Shown here in pieces: positions 19,418 to 28,995 of a stretch of 64,000 nt of DNA (its first letter is position 1; the number at the start of each line of letters is the position of its first letter). The notes beneath the pieces are model-generated. The model ran no database searches. It was given only the letters and a program-made list of their open reading frames with translations, and was not told the origin of the DNA. The DNA comes from a virus: the IMG/VR virus record IMGVR_UViG_3300017731_002846, positions 1 to 64,000 of that record; one strand, written 5' to 3'. Made by a program: the position numbers and the translations under genes.

Positions 19418-20041
19418 ATGGCAAAAAGATATAAAATATGTTGGTCGTGCATTGGGTTATTTGCCCTAACCATGCTAATACTTTGGAGCACGATATCATG
19501 CAAGAACCCTACTTTTAAAGAATTAAAAGAAATTCCGACAATTCAGCAAAAAGATTATCAAAAATATAAACTTTACAAAAGACAAGATATTGGAAGAAGG
19601 TTCGGGCACCAAATAGGTCATAATTCAATAAAAATAGATGTGCCGACAAATGTATCTATAATGATGCTTGATACGGCATTTAGAGATGTGGATTATTTTT
19701 TCTTCCGCAAGTTTAATAATTGGTTCGAAGATGTTAAGTTTCAAAATGGAATAATGGCAATGAACCAAAAAGAAAACTTAGATTGCGACAATTTTGCAAT
19801 GTTATATAAATCATTAATGAGTGTCGCAAGTTACAAAAGCGGTGCTGACCATGAACCTGCAGTAGCTTTAGTTGTAGTTGAACAAAGATACCCTTTCGGG
19901 GGGATTCCTGAAGGAGCTCTTCATATGTTAAATTTAATATTTACAAGTAAAGCATGGTATATATTTGAACCTCAAACAGGCGAATATATTGAGCTTGAAA
20001 ATTACCCAAACCAAAAGTATATTAGGACAATAATTATTTAA
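19418..20041 (+). CDS. putative lipoprotein with a papain-like (agglutinin C-terminal/MOA-like) Cys-protease domain
   Basis: Signal ending TISC; DCDNFA...HMLN...FEPQ. Confidence 0.65.
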   Translation: MAKRYKICWSCIGLFALTMLILWSTISCKNPTFKELKEIPTIQQKDYQKYKLYKRQDIGRRFGHQIGHNSIKIDVPTNVSIMMLDTAFRDVDYFFFRKFNNWFEDVKFQNGIMAMNQKENLDCDNFAMLYKSLMSVASYKSGADHEPAVALVVVEQRYPFGGIPEGALHMLNLIFTSKAWYIFEPQTGEYIELENYPNQKYIRTIII

Positions 20042-20459
20042 GTTTCCTTTTCGCCCAAGCTATTTTCATAGCTTCGCTCTGCTTATTCTTGTATTTATTT
20101 GAAGAGTGCTTGTTCGAGTTTTTGTTTCCCCGCATGGATTTCGAGATTTTTTTTCTTGTTATTTCGGGCAAACTCTTTCTTTTTTTTGAGTTAGCTAAAG
20201 AGATTTTTCTTTTATGCTCTTCACTTTTAGGTTTACCTTTATTATTTAATCCGCCAATACTAGAAGTTTGAATAAATATTTGCTCTTTACCTATTTGTTT
20301 TAATAAACTTTTCCATGCGACATAATCCTCTATTTTCCCATGATTTAAATATAATTTGCGGTGAGCTTCAGCATGATCCTTGACTGATAAATAAACAAGG
20401 TTGGGGGGTTCATCAGTCCCACCCATGTGCTTTGGTATGATATGATGCTTATGCTTCAT
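20034..20459 (-). CDS. HNH homing endonuclease with NUMOD3-like repeats
   Basis: HHIIPKHMGG..NLV.L...H..AH; KSEEHKRKIS repeats. Confidence 0.88.
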   Translation of the reverse strand: MKHKHHIIPKHMGGTDEPPNLVYLSVKDHAEAHRKLYLNHGKIEDYVAWKSLLKQIGKEQIFIQTSSIGGLNNKGKPKSEEHKRKISLANSKKRKSLPEITRKKISKSMRGNKNSNKHSSNKYKNKQSEAMKIAWAKRKLK

Positions 20460-20472
20460 GTGTGGGAATATA

Positions 20473-20706
20473 TTATTCAGAAACCGTTTTTTTTGAGGCT
20501 TTTAATTTATTCTCATATCTCGCTTTTAAATAAAGCGGCCAAAAAAAATAGTAAGCCAAGTCGTCTTCATGTAGCAATGCATTTGATAATTCGCGAGCAT
20601 AAAGAAATTCCCAATCCTTTTCTTGCTTGAAGATTGTATCAGTAGGGTTTGGTGGGCTTTTATTTGTGCAACCACAAAGAATAACAATCAAAAATAAGAC
20701 CTTCAT
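20473..20706 (-). CDS. small lipoprotein-like protein
   Basis: MKVLFLIVILCGC. Confidence 0.55.
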   Translation of the reverse strand: MKVLFLIVILCGCTNKSPPNPTDTIFKQEKDWEFLYARELSNALLHEDDLAYYFFWPLYLKARYENKLKASKKTVSE

Positions 20707-20707
20707 G

Positions 20708-21139
20708 CTAGTTGAGCCAGAAATCATTTATTTCGGATAAAGTGGAGGCATTTAATGAGTGAACTTGATAAGATGTTAATTTAAAAAAATCAGGTTCCGT
20801 AAAAAACTCAGTCATATACAACCCCTTCACCTCTCCATCTAAATACATATCGTGAATTGTGCAGCTAGTATTTATTGATTTATTAATATAAAAATCAATC
20901 GTAATCGAAGGTATGGACGATATGATATAATCAAAAATCTTTTTATAAAAAGATTGAGGCAAATTTTCATCATGAATAATTTCCATATCACCGGCAATTA
21001 ACCCATTACTAGACTCAGAATGAACAATTGTCGCCCCAATGAATTCAGAGCAAAATTTATCGAACTTATGCAAGAAAACATCTGCAACTTCATCGGGCCC
21101 TGAAGAGAAGTATATATAACGTTCAGTCCCTAACAACAT
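20708..21139 (-). CDS. hypothetical protein
   Basis: ORF track. Confidence 0.7.
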   Translation of the reverse strand: MLLGTERYIYFSSGPDEVADVFLHKFDKFCSEFIGATIVHSESSNGLIAGDMEIIHDENLPQSFYKKIFDYIISSIPSITIDFYINKSINTSCTIHDMYLDGEVKGLYMTEFFTEPDFFKLTSYQVHSLNASTLSEINDFWLN

Positions 21140-21143
21140 CAGT

Positions 21144-21335
21144 TTAAGACTTTTTGCTTTTGATTGAAGCTATGATGCATTTAGCTCCATGCTCGTTAGA
21201 AGTCATTATAACTTCTCCATTTACTAGCAATATTTTAAAAAGCAGTTTATTTAAATGAACGCGCTCTTTAACATATATAACTTGCTTAGGATTAATGTGA
21301 TATTTTTCGTTATTTGAATCTTCTATTTGTATCAT
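21144..21335 (-). CDS. hypothetical protein
   Basis: ORF track. Confidence 0.65.
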   Translation of the reverse strand: MIQIEDSNNEKYHINPKQVIYVKERVHLNKLLFKILLVNGEVIMTSNEHGAKCIIASIKSKKS

Positions 21336-21337
21336 AA

Positions 21338-21874
21338 TTAGTATCTATAAAATTCTTTTTCAGCTTCTATATATGCATTATTAATGCACTTTTTGATATT
21401 TTCTCGAATCCTATACAATGTACCAGAAACTGCACCTATCGGTCTATTTATAGAGCGACTTATATCCTTGATACTCATGTCTTGTTTGAATCTGAGCTCG
21501 GCTATTTCTACCATATGCTTTGGTAGTTTTTTATAACACTTATTTAGCGCATTCCGCTTAATTTCAAGGGTATTATAATCCACTGCTTCAATAGAGAAAA
21601 TATCAGTTAATTCATTAGAGAAGCAGACCTTGCTTCTGGCGACATTAGTCCGATGAGCCATAGCTTGAAATTTAGCTATAGTTAAAGCCCAACTTTTAAA
21701 GGAACCCAACTCTACGTTGAATGTTTTTTGTTTTTTTAATAATATTAAATTGGTTTTCTGCAAAACATCTTCAGCGTCTTGCCTGTGAGATAAGATACTA
21801 AAAATAAAGTAAAACAAATCTGACTGAACATCTTTTAAAGATGAATTGAAGTTATTTGTCGATATAGTGTTCAT
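21338..21874 (-). CDS. ECF-type RNA polymerase sigma factor
   Basis: Region 2 DAEDVLQKT...FKSWALTIAK; region 4 HTH SIKDIS...GAVSGTLYRIR. Confidence 0.92.
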   Translation of the reverse strand: MNTISTNNFNSSLKDVQSDLFYFIFSILSHRQDAEDVLQKTNLILLKKQKTFNVELGSFKSWALTIAKFQAMAHRTNVARSKVCFSNELTDIFSIEAVDYNTLEIKRNALNKCYKKLPKHMVEIAELRFKQDMSIKDISRSINRPIGAVSGTLYRIRENIKKCINNAYIEAEKEFYRY

Positions 21875-22105
21875 TTATTTAATCAAATCAACTGTTAAGT
21901 CTAAGCTATTATTTGGGTTTTTTTCGATTATAATATGTATTGAGTCATTGTCTTGTTTAAATAAAACTTGGTCAACACAATCAATTAATTCAGTAAGGTC
22001 AGAATTTTTATGGAAAGAGCCGGGATAATATTTGGGGTTATTCGCTACAATATCATGAAGTTTTTTGTAGTTAATATCTTCTTGGAATTTATTTATTCTA
22101 TTCAT
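21875..22105 (-). CDS. hypothetical protein
   Basis: ORF track. Confidence 0.6.
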   Translation of the reverse strand: MNRINKFQEDINYKKLHDIVANNPKYYPGSFHKNSDLTELIDCVDQVLFKQDNDSIHIIIEKNPNNSLDLTVDLIK

Positions 22106-22353
22106 GGTAATACTATTCTATCAATGTCGTGCTCTAATTCATAATTGTCCCAATAATCATGGTTATGTTTACTATATTTTATATCTTCAAAAAGAACTAA
22201 TGAGCTTATTGGGCCAGCAAGATCGTGATCTTCTTGTTCATAGCCGATGGCGACCCCTTCGGGAACTCGACCACGACCATCAGTGTATTCAAAACATTCG
22301 TCATGCCCATGCTCGGAATAAATTATATCAGAAGAATTAATTTTCATCGCCAT
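22102..22353 (-). CDS. hypothetical protein
   Basis: ORF track. Confidence 0.65.
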   Translation of the reverse strand: MAMKINSSDIIYSEHGHDECFEYTDGRGRVPEGVAIGYEQEDHDLAGPISSLVLFEDIKYSKHNHDYWDNYELEHDIDRIVLP

Positions 22354-22603
22354 GGTAAAAACATCTTTGTTGTATTATTTGGCTCTCGTCCTCCCATTTT
22401 TGGGAGTAAATATTATATCTTTCAACTGATAAATTTTGAGCGTTCGCATTTTTGCGGTTAAGAGTGTCATTGTGGAAGTCAAGAGCTGATTGGGCATCGT
22501 AAGCCATATAGTAGTGGTAATTATTTAATACAGAATGGTATTCTCCGGCATTATATTTAATCCTAAACTCGGAAATTTTTTCCTCTTTAACTCTCTTCTT
22601 CAT
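22337..22603 (-). CDS. hypothetical protein
   Basis: ORF track. Confidence 0.65.
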   Translation of the reverse strand: MKKRVKEEKISEFRIKYNAGEYHSVLNNYHYYMAYDAQSALDFHNDTLNRKNANAQNLSVERYNIYSQKWEDESQIIQQRCFYHGDEN

Positions 22604-22765
22604 CGCTCAAGCTCCAATAAACATCACCGAATAAAATAAATTCAATTTCATTACCTCTGTCAATTTCAACCCCTACAGGGTTACCCTCTGATACAGGCAA
22701 GTTGTCCTCGCAATAAAAAAATTCTTCAAAATCTGAAGCATATATAAGTTCGCAATTCATAACAA

Positions 22766-23548
22766 TTAATAATTAACAGTTTGGGCGGATACAACAAAAA
22801 ATGGATTTAATAAATTCTCTTTGTTATATAATAGAGACTCTTTAGTGTTAGCGACGACAACTTTAGCCCCGCTTTCTTCAGCGATTATTTGAGGAGCACA
22901 AGTATCCCATTCCATGGTTGGGCCAAATCTAGGGTAAATGTCAGCCTGACCCTCTGCCACCAAGCAAAACTTTAAGGAGCTTCCAACATTTATTGTCTTA
23001 ACTTCATAATTTTCTTTTAATTTATTAATAAAACTTTCAGTCTCTTTATTTGAATGAGACTTACTCGCAACCACATTTATCTTTTTATCTTGAAAGTTGT
23101 GTGAATAATTAGAATAAATCCTGTCGTCATTTTTAAATGAACCAACCCCTTGAATTCCGTAATAATGATCTTGTTTTTTTGGACAAGCGACATAACCAAA
23201 GACAGGCTCGTCACCTTTACAAAGAGCAATATTAATACAAAAATCATCACCACCTTTCACGAATTCTTTTGTGCCATCTATCGGATCAATAAGCCAATAA
23301 TAATCCCAATCTTTTCGATCTTTATAATCTATATGCTTATCCTCTTCAGATATAATATTTGACACTTTCGTGTTAGCAAATAGAAATTCTCTTATCCTTT
23401 CGTTGGAAAGAAGGTCGGCTTCGGTTAATGGGCTTTTATCGTCTTTTTGCAGGGTCTCAAAGCCGCTTGATTGTATCTCTACGACTTCCTTAGAAAGCTC
23501 GGTGCCAAAAGATAATAGCGAGTCGATAAATTTTTTATTTATTTGCAT
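22766..23548 (-). CDS. cysQ: 3'(2'),5'-bisphosphate nucleotidase (PAP phosphatase)
   Basis: KDDKSPLTEAD, ISEE, IDPIDGTKEF, GSSLKFC, YPRFGPTMEWDT. Confidence 0.95.
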   Translation of the reverse strand: MQINKKFIDSLLSFGTELSKEVVEIQSSGFETLQKDDKSPLTEADLLSNERIREFLFANTKVSNIISEEDKHIDYKDRKDWDYYWLIDPIDGTKEFVKGGDDFCINIALCKGDEPVFGYVACPKKQDHYYGIQGVGSFKNDDRIYSNYSHNFQDKKINVVASKSHSNKETESFINKLKENYEVKTINVGSSLKFCLVAEGQADIYPRFGPTMEWDTCAPQIIAEESGAKVVVANTKESLLYNKENLLNPFFVVSAQTVNY

Positions 23549-23551
23549 GAT

Positions 23552-23800
23552 TTACAGTAAGTTCATTTGATCGGGGTGATTAACATGCTCTGATTCTAGC
23601 ATATTTTCAGTAACCTTGTCAATATTTTTTTTGCCCCTCAACCAATTTCTTTGAGCCATGCGAACTACAAAGCGCATAAAAGCAAAAGCATAAACTTTAT
23701 TTAAAGATATAACTGCACCTGTATTATCAATAACTTTAAAAACCTTAGAGTCTTCGTCATACTCAAAGGAGGCATTCTTTAGTTCTTTTTTAATTATCAT
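23552..23800 (-). CDS. hypothetical protein
   Basis: ORF track; TTGACT-17-TATACT 7 nt upstream. Confidence 0.75.
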   Translation of the reverse strand: MIIKKELKNASFEYDEDSKVFKVIDNTGAVISLNKVYAFAFMRFVVRMAQRNWLRGKKNIDKVTENMLESEHVNHPDQMNLL

Positions 23801-23854
23801 CTTTAACAGTATAGAGAATAATTAAATAAAAGTCAATAAAAAAAACCAAACAAC

Positions 23855-23882
23855 AAAAAACCCCTTCGAATGAAGGGGTTTT
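23855..23882 (-). terminator. intrinsic terminator
   Basis: CCCCTTC-4-GAAGGGG stem flanked by A6 and T4. Confidence 0.85.
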
Positions 23883-23918
23883 GAGTTAGGTGAAATTTTT
23901 AACAAACAATCAAGGTTT

Positions 23919-26879
23919 CTAGCATGCCGCCCCCCAATTTGGCAACTCGCTTGACGAAATATTGACGGCATTTGTTGCAAAACCATTTGGTGCAGAAGTA
24001 ACCCCGCTTACACACCATTGACTTAAATCTCCAGGTGAGGCCCCCTCGTAGTTTTGGAACATATTTGCAAAAGCCCAGCCCTCTTGGTGAGCGCCTGAAA
24101 GATCCCAATTGGATATGTCTCCAATAGTCGAAAAGTCGGAAGATTGAAACACTTCTACGAAAGCCTCCGTATCAGATGTGTCCCAATTGGTCAAATCTAT
24201 GCTAGGTAGAGATGAAGATTTTTGACCAACATAAGCAAACATCTTAGCAAAAGAAGAAATCGCACTTAAGTTAGTCCATCCACTACCACTAAGATCTAGG
24301 GTTTCTAAATTTTCTAACCCCCAAAACATATAACTCATATATTTAAGTGATGTAGAAAATGTCCAATCACTCAAATTAATAGATTTTAATGTTGCCTTCA
24401 TTGAATTCCTTCGAGCGGTGTTGGAGGAATTGTGACCAACGTCAAACATCCCCCCAAAACTACTGCAACTAGAAACATCCCAACCACTTAAATTGATAGA
24501 TGAAAACCATCTACAATTTTTAAACATGGAAGCCATGGTTGTAACATTGCTTACGTCCCAATTACTTAAATCAAGATCGATGGTATTGGCGGTTGATCTA
24601 CCATTAAATAACTCCGCCATATTAGTTATAGCACTTACGTTCCACGATCCGATTTCTCCATAAGTTTCATCTGCGGCAGTTTTGTTAGCTACCCATGCAT
24701 CAATCGCCGTAATTAGTTGACTTTTGGATGTAAAGGCATAACTGGATTCATTTGGAAGCTCCTCGGGAGCATCTTGTCCGTCCTCTGATACTAAGTTTTC
24801 TGACTCCCAAGTCGCACGATAACTTTCATAGACATCACTCTTAAGCTCATCCGGCATAGCGCTGTCATCCGTACAAAACATCAAAGGAAACCCTATGGCA
24901 TCTTTAACAGTATCTCCGTAAGTTGTTAATACATTTTTAATTGAGTCAGGGGTAGATACAGATTGAACTGCGGCAGATAGTGAGGTTGTACCGCAAAGAA
25001 AATTGGTGACATTTTCGCATTTCGCGCTTTGGATTATCGTGCCAGGAAACAACTCACTATTAAATTCAGTATTATCCTTAAACATGTTTTTTATAGATAT
25101 CGCATTGCTTACGTCCCAATCCTTAACTGATTGGTTGTATACAGATGACTCAAACATGCCAGTAAAATCTATATTCTTTTCACTTTGAGTGAGGCCTTTA
25201 CCGAAATTACCAGCCCATTTAGGTAATGGTTTGTTAAAAGCGGTGCTCTTTTTAAACATGTTTTTGAACGATTTTGCTTTGCGAATATTCCAGCTATTGC
25301 TAGATTTGCTAAGAGCGCTGCCCTCAAACATGCTTTCGAAACTTTCTACATTAGAAGTGTTCCATCTTTGAGTTCCTGGCTTAGCCCAAACAGCTTGATC
25401 AAATAAAGAAGCATTACAAAACATTCCTTTCATGGTTGTTGCAGAGCTAGTGCTCCATTTACTAACTGATTTATTGAAAGAGCTCGCACCGCGAAACATA
25501 TTCTTAAATGAAACAACATTAGAAACGTTCCAGCCATTAACCCCGCTATTGAGTTTTTTTGCATTATGGAACATTCCCTCCATGTTTTGTGCGCTAGATA
25601 CATCAATTCCACCAAGGAATTGTTCGTAATCCGCATTGTTTTTAAACATGTTCTTGAAATTAGTAACACTAGAAGTGTCCCATTTTTCGGTTATGCCGGG
25701 TTTATTGAAAACAGTACCCTCTAGAAAGCTTTCGAGACTAGTAACTTGACTGACATCCCAATGCTTGAGCTTGCCCGGCTTGTAGGAAGAGTATTCAAGA
25801 CATCCAGTTAAGTCAGTTAAAGTCCCCCCAGTGGCTGCATTTAGCTTAAAAAAATGAACATAAGAAGAACAGCCAGACATAAAGCCAAGCATGTTTGTGA
25901 TTCCATTCAAGTCCATATTTGAAATAACACTACTAAACTTAAGCCTAGTGCATCCTGCAAACATATGGTCAATTGCACCAGAAAAAGACTGAGTGTGGCC
26001 AGTCATATTTTCGATTCGCCGCACACTATAATTTGCAAAATCTCCAACCCCATGAAATCCAAAATCATCGCCCAAATTGATCCTAAATGCTTTACGTTTA
26101 TTCATTGGATTGATACTATCTCCATTAAAGGTGAAAATATCATACGCAGATTCATCGACACTATAACGTTGGGTTAACATGCCGTCCCATTCATTTAGGG
26201 TAGGTGCAATGCTTGTGTCAACAGAATCGACAATTTCAAACTCAGAACTATGCGTAACCCCATCGATGTCATAAAAATATTGCAAAAACCCTGTTTGCGT
26301 CTTTGTGTCTAGCTCTCCGTCAGAGTAAACTGCATCTAAATGAGAATTAGATTCCAGCCGAAAATTAAAATCGTTAGATGAGATGCTGTATTTCTCACCT
26401 TTAACAAGTTTAATTCCATCAGAGCTGCGAAGCCCAATATAATCTCCGTTAAATTTAAATACTAAGTCAGTTTGATCCGTTGACATGCTCAGATCGCCTT
26501 TTTGATTATTCAAGAATACATTCGAGCCGTATCGAGAAACACTTTGCTTCGGTAACGCTAAATACGAATCATTATCATTCAATTCATTTTTCCATCCACC
26601 TGTTATTGAAACTGTTTTATTCCCTGTGGAGCTGTAATACTGAATTGTTTGTGAAGCATTATCTGTGTGGATGAGATTTACTTTTTTGTCCGAAATAACA
26701 ATGCCGTTATTGCTGTTGCTTGAATATGTAATGTTCTGTTGTCCGCCATCGCCCCAATTCACGGTCGCACTAAATACAGGATTACTATTAGTAATCCCAG
26801 GAGTGTCTGCTGCGCCAGCAACTACGAATGATACAATATCTTGTGGTGTGTAATAACCTTTGAATTCTAATTTAGCCAT
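23919..26879 (-). CDS. DUF285/BspA-like repeat surface protein
   Basis: Many WDVSxVTxxxxMF repeats in two blocks; N-terminal VNWGDG. Confidence 0.9.
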   Translation of the reverse strand: MAKLEFKGYYTPQDIVSFVVAGAADTPGITNSNPVFSATVNWGDGGQQNITYSSNSNNGIVISDKKVNLIHTDNASQTIQYYSSTGNKTVSITGGWKNELNDNDSYLALPKQSVSRYGSNVFLNNQKGDLSMSTDQTDLVFKFNGDYIGLRSSDGIKLVKGEKYSISSNDFNFRLESNSHLDAVYSDGELDTKTQTGFLQYFYDIDGVTHSSEFEIVDSVDTSIAPTLNEWDGMLTQRYSVDESAYDIFTFNGDSINPMNKRKAFRINLGDDFGFHGVGDFANYSVRRIENMTGHTQSFSGAIDHMFAGCTRLKFSSVISNMDLNGITNMLGFMSGCSSYVHFFKLNAATGGTLTDLTGCLEYSSYKPGKLKHWDVSQVTSLESFLEGTVFNKPGITEKWDTSSVTNFKNMFKNNADYEQFLGGIDVSSAQNMEGMFHNAKKLNSGVNGWNVSNVVSFKNMFRGASSFNKSVSKWSTSSATTMKGMFCNASLFDQAVWAKPGTQRWNTSNVESFESMFEGSALSKSSNSWNIRKAKSFKNMFKKSTAFNKPLPKWAGNFGKGLTQSEKNIDFTGMFESSVYNQSVKDWDVSNAISIKNMFKDNTEFNSELFPGTIIQSAKCENVTNFLCGTTSLSAAVQSVSTPDSIKNVLTTYGDTVKDAIGFPLMFCTDDSAMPDELKSDVYESYRATWESENLVSEDGQDAPEELPNESSYAFTSKSQLITAIDAWVANKTAADETYGEIGSWNVSAITNMAELFNGRSTANTIDLDLSNWDVSNVTTMASMFKNCRWFSSINLSGWDVSSCSSFGGMFDVGHNSSNTARRNSMKATLKSINLSDWTFSTSLKYMSYMFWGLENLETLDLSGSGWTNLSAISSFAKMFAYVGQKSSSLPSIDLTNWDTSDTEAFVEVFQSSDFSTIGDISNWDLSGAHQEGWAFANMFQNYEGASPGDLSQWCVSGVTSAPNGFATNAVNISSSELPNWGAAC

Positions 26880-27000
26880 AATATTTATTTTGTGTGGTTG
26901 ATAAATTCATGTACACACACTTTTTTAAAAAAAATTTTTTTTTGAGCCAACAGAAATCATCAACCCCGTGAGATGACACAGGGGGTATTTTTTTTAAAAA

Positions 27001-27651
27001 TTAAGCAGGTTTTTCGAATTTATAACCAAACCTGATTATATCTGCGCGGTATTTTTGCGCAACTATTTCCATAGTTTCTTCGTCATAGTATTCGCTATAA
27101 TGTTTATGAGAAGTTCGATTTTTTATTGGAAGGGGTTTCCTGACAATCCCTAGTTTTTGGCACACTAGATCAAAGTCAGCTTGCAAGGTTTCGAACCTGC
27201 CGATGAAATCACAGCCAACTACTTGAGATGTTTGATCTGAAAACCAAACGCCATCTTCAGCAGTATGATTAATTAAATTGATAGACACAAATTCTTTAAA
27301 ATTACTTGGAATGACAAAATTCTCTGAGCATTTTATGCCATCGTGTTGCTGCATATATTTATATATAGACACTACTCGATCAAAAGGATTACGTACAAAT
27401 GCAAACTTAAAAAAAGAATTTATTAATTTTCTATCACCCTCACATGTATTATTCTTTAATACTTCGTAGCTTACATGATTAGGGTCGTCACCGTAATTTT
27501 CATACAAAAATTGAGGTTTTAAAGCATCAAAAACTTTGTTGAACTGGTGTTCTGCACATTCATCAGAGCAATCTAGTAATGAATATAGTATAGATGTAGA
27601 GCCCGTTTTAGGGACTCTAATAAAAACAGATTGTGTATTCCAAAAGATCAT
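27001..27651 (-). CDS. sulfotransferase (Sulfotransfer_2-like)
   Basis: 5'-PSB PKTGSTS; 3'-PB FVRNPFDRVVS; GRFE. Confidence 0.92.
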   Translation of the reverse strand: MIFWNTQSVFIRVPKTGSTSILYSLLDCSDECAEHQFNKVFDALKPQFLYENYGDDPNHVSYEVLKNNTCEGDRKLINSFFKFAFVRNPFDRVVSIYKYMQQHDGIKCSENFVIPSNFKEFVSINLINHTAEDGVWFSDQTSQVVGCDFIGRFETLQADFDLVCQKLGIVRKPLPIKNRTSHKHYSEYYDEETMEIVAQKYRADIIRFGYKFEKPA

Positions 27652-27654
27652 GAT

Positions 27655-28347
27655 TTAGTCTACAAATTTGTATCCAAAATACTCAATGTCTTTTGCATAT
27701 TTTTGAGCAACGATTTTACGTGTTTCATCATCATAATATTCAGTATAATGCCCATGCTTGTGTTTGTTTTTGTGTGGAAGTTGTTGTTTTGGAATTCCGA
27801 TTTTGTCGCAGACAACACCAAAGTCTTGTTGAAGGTTTTCGACTCGACCAACGAAGTCGAGTTTTTTGTGCGGAAACAGAGAGACTAAAGAAGCATAGTG
27901 GGAATTTGTTTTATCATCAGATACATCGCAATTAGCGATAACATTTTTGACAAAACTTTTAAAAGACATTGCTTCATCACCATGTGAGATATATTGTTCA
28001 ACACCGTATGTGCATGTTAATTTATCATAACTATCATGCCGACCAAATTTACTCCACCAGCAAGAATAAAGCCTTTCGTATGGATTCCTAACAAATGAAA
28101 ATTTAAATTGATTGTCACATTTAACATCATACATTTTAATATCCAATTTTTTAACACCATCAATATATTTCTTGGAAAGGGAATTGAGGGATTTATCTCC
28201 ACTGTGATGCTGCACAAAAGGATACGATGTGTCTTCTGTTATTTGGGTATGTTTGACTAACTGACTAAGAATTGTTGTGGTTGCGCACTTGGCAGTACGA
28301 AACCAAGTATAATTATTAATGTTAGATCGTGTGATTTTGTAACCCAT
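27655..28347 (-). CDS. sulfotransferase (Sulfotransfer_2-like)
   Basis: AKCATTT; FVRNPYERLYS. Confidence 0.9.
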   Translation of the reverse strand: MGYKITRSNINNYTWFRTAKCATTTILSQLVKHTQITEDTSYPFVQHHSGDKSLNSLSKKYIDGVKKLDIKMYDVKCDNQFKFSFVRNPYERLYSCWWSKFGRHDSYDKLTCTYGVEQYISHGDEAMSFKSFVKNVIANCDVSDDKTNSHYASLVSLFPHKKLDFVGRVENLQQDFGVVCDKIGIPKQQLPHKNKHKHGHYTEYYDDETRKIVAQKYAKDIEYFGYKFVD

Positions 28348-28350
28348 TTT

Positions 28351-28974
28351 TTATTCTCCAAATTTATAATTAAATCTTTCAATTGATTCTTTATACTTGT
28401 TGTATACAAGGTCAATTGTTTCGTCATCGTAATATTCTGTATAGTGTTTATGTTTAGTAGTATTTTGGATAAGTAAAGGTTTATACTTAATGCCTATCTC
28501 CCTGCATGCATGCATGTAATCATGCGGAAGATTTTCTACTTTACCAACAAAATTAAAATCTTCGGTTAGCCATGTTAGTTGAGACACTTGGTGCGTCCCG
28601 TGAAACCCAGGTTTAATTAAAAAATCTTTAAATGATTGAGTGCCCGCCTTAACCCTTAGGCAGTACTTATAATAATCAGGGGCACATAATTTAATTTTTT
28701 GACTATCAGCACATTTAAGCGCATAAAAATATTGAGAGACAATCCTTGAAAAAGGATTACGAACAAATGCAAACTTATAATATTCATTCCAGGCTAAACC
28801 TTCCTGGTTGAAATATTCCTCAATTTTATTGCCAGTGACATGATGATAAAAATAAGATTTTCGGTCACCAACGGCTTTTACATCAGCCCACTTCCATAAA
28901 CGGTGTCGCATGGCGGTAGTGGCATTTTTTGGTATCGAGATAAAAAGAAATTTTTTTCTGTGAGATAATATCAT
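28351..28974 (-). CDS. sulfotransferase (Sulfotransfer_2-like)
   Basis: PKNATTA; FVRNPFSRIVS. Confidence 0.9.
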   Translation of the reverse strand: MILSHRKKFLFISIPKNATTAMRHRLWKWADVKAVGDRKSYFYHHVTGNKIEEYFNQEGLAWNEYYKFAFVRNPFSRIVSQYFYALKCADSQKIKLCAPDYYKYCLRVKAGTQSFKDFLIKPGFHGTHQVSQLTWLTEDFNFVGKVENLPHDYMHACREIGIKYKPLLIQNTTKHKHYTEYYDDETIDLVYNKYKESIERFNYKFGE

Positions 28975-28995
28975 TTTTATAAAGGATTTTAAAAA

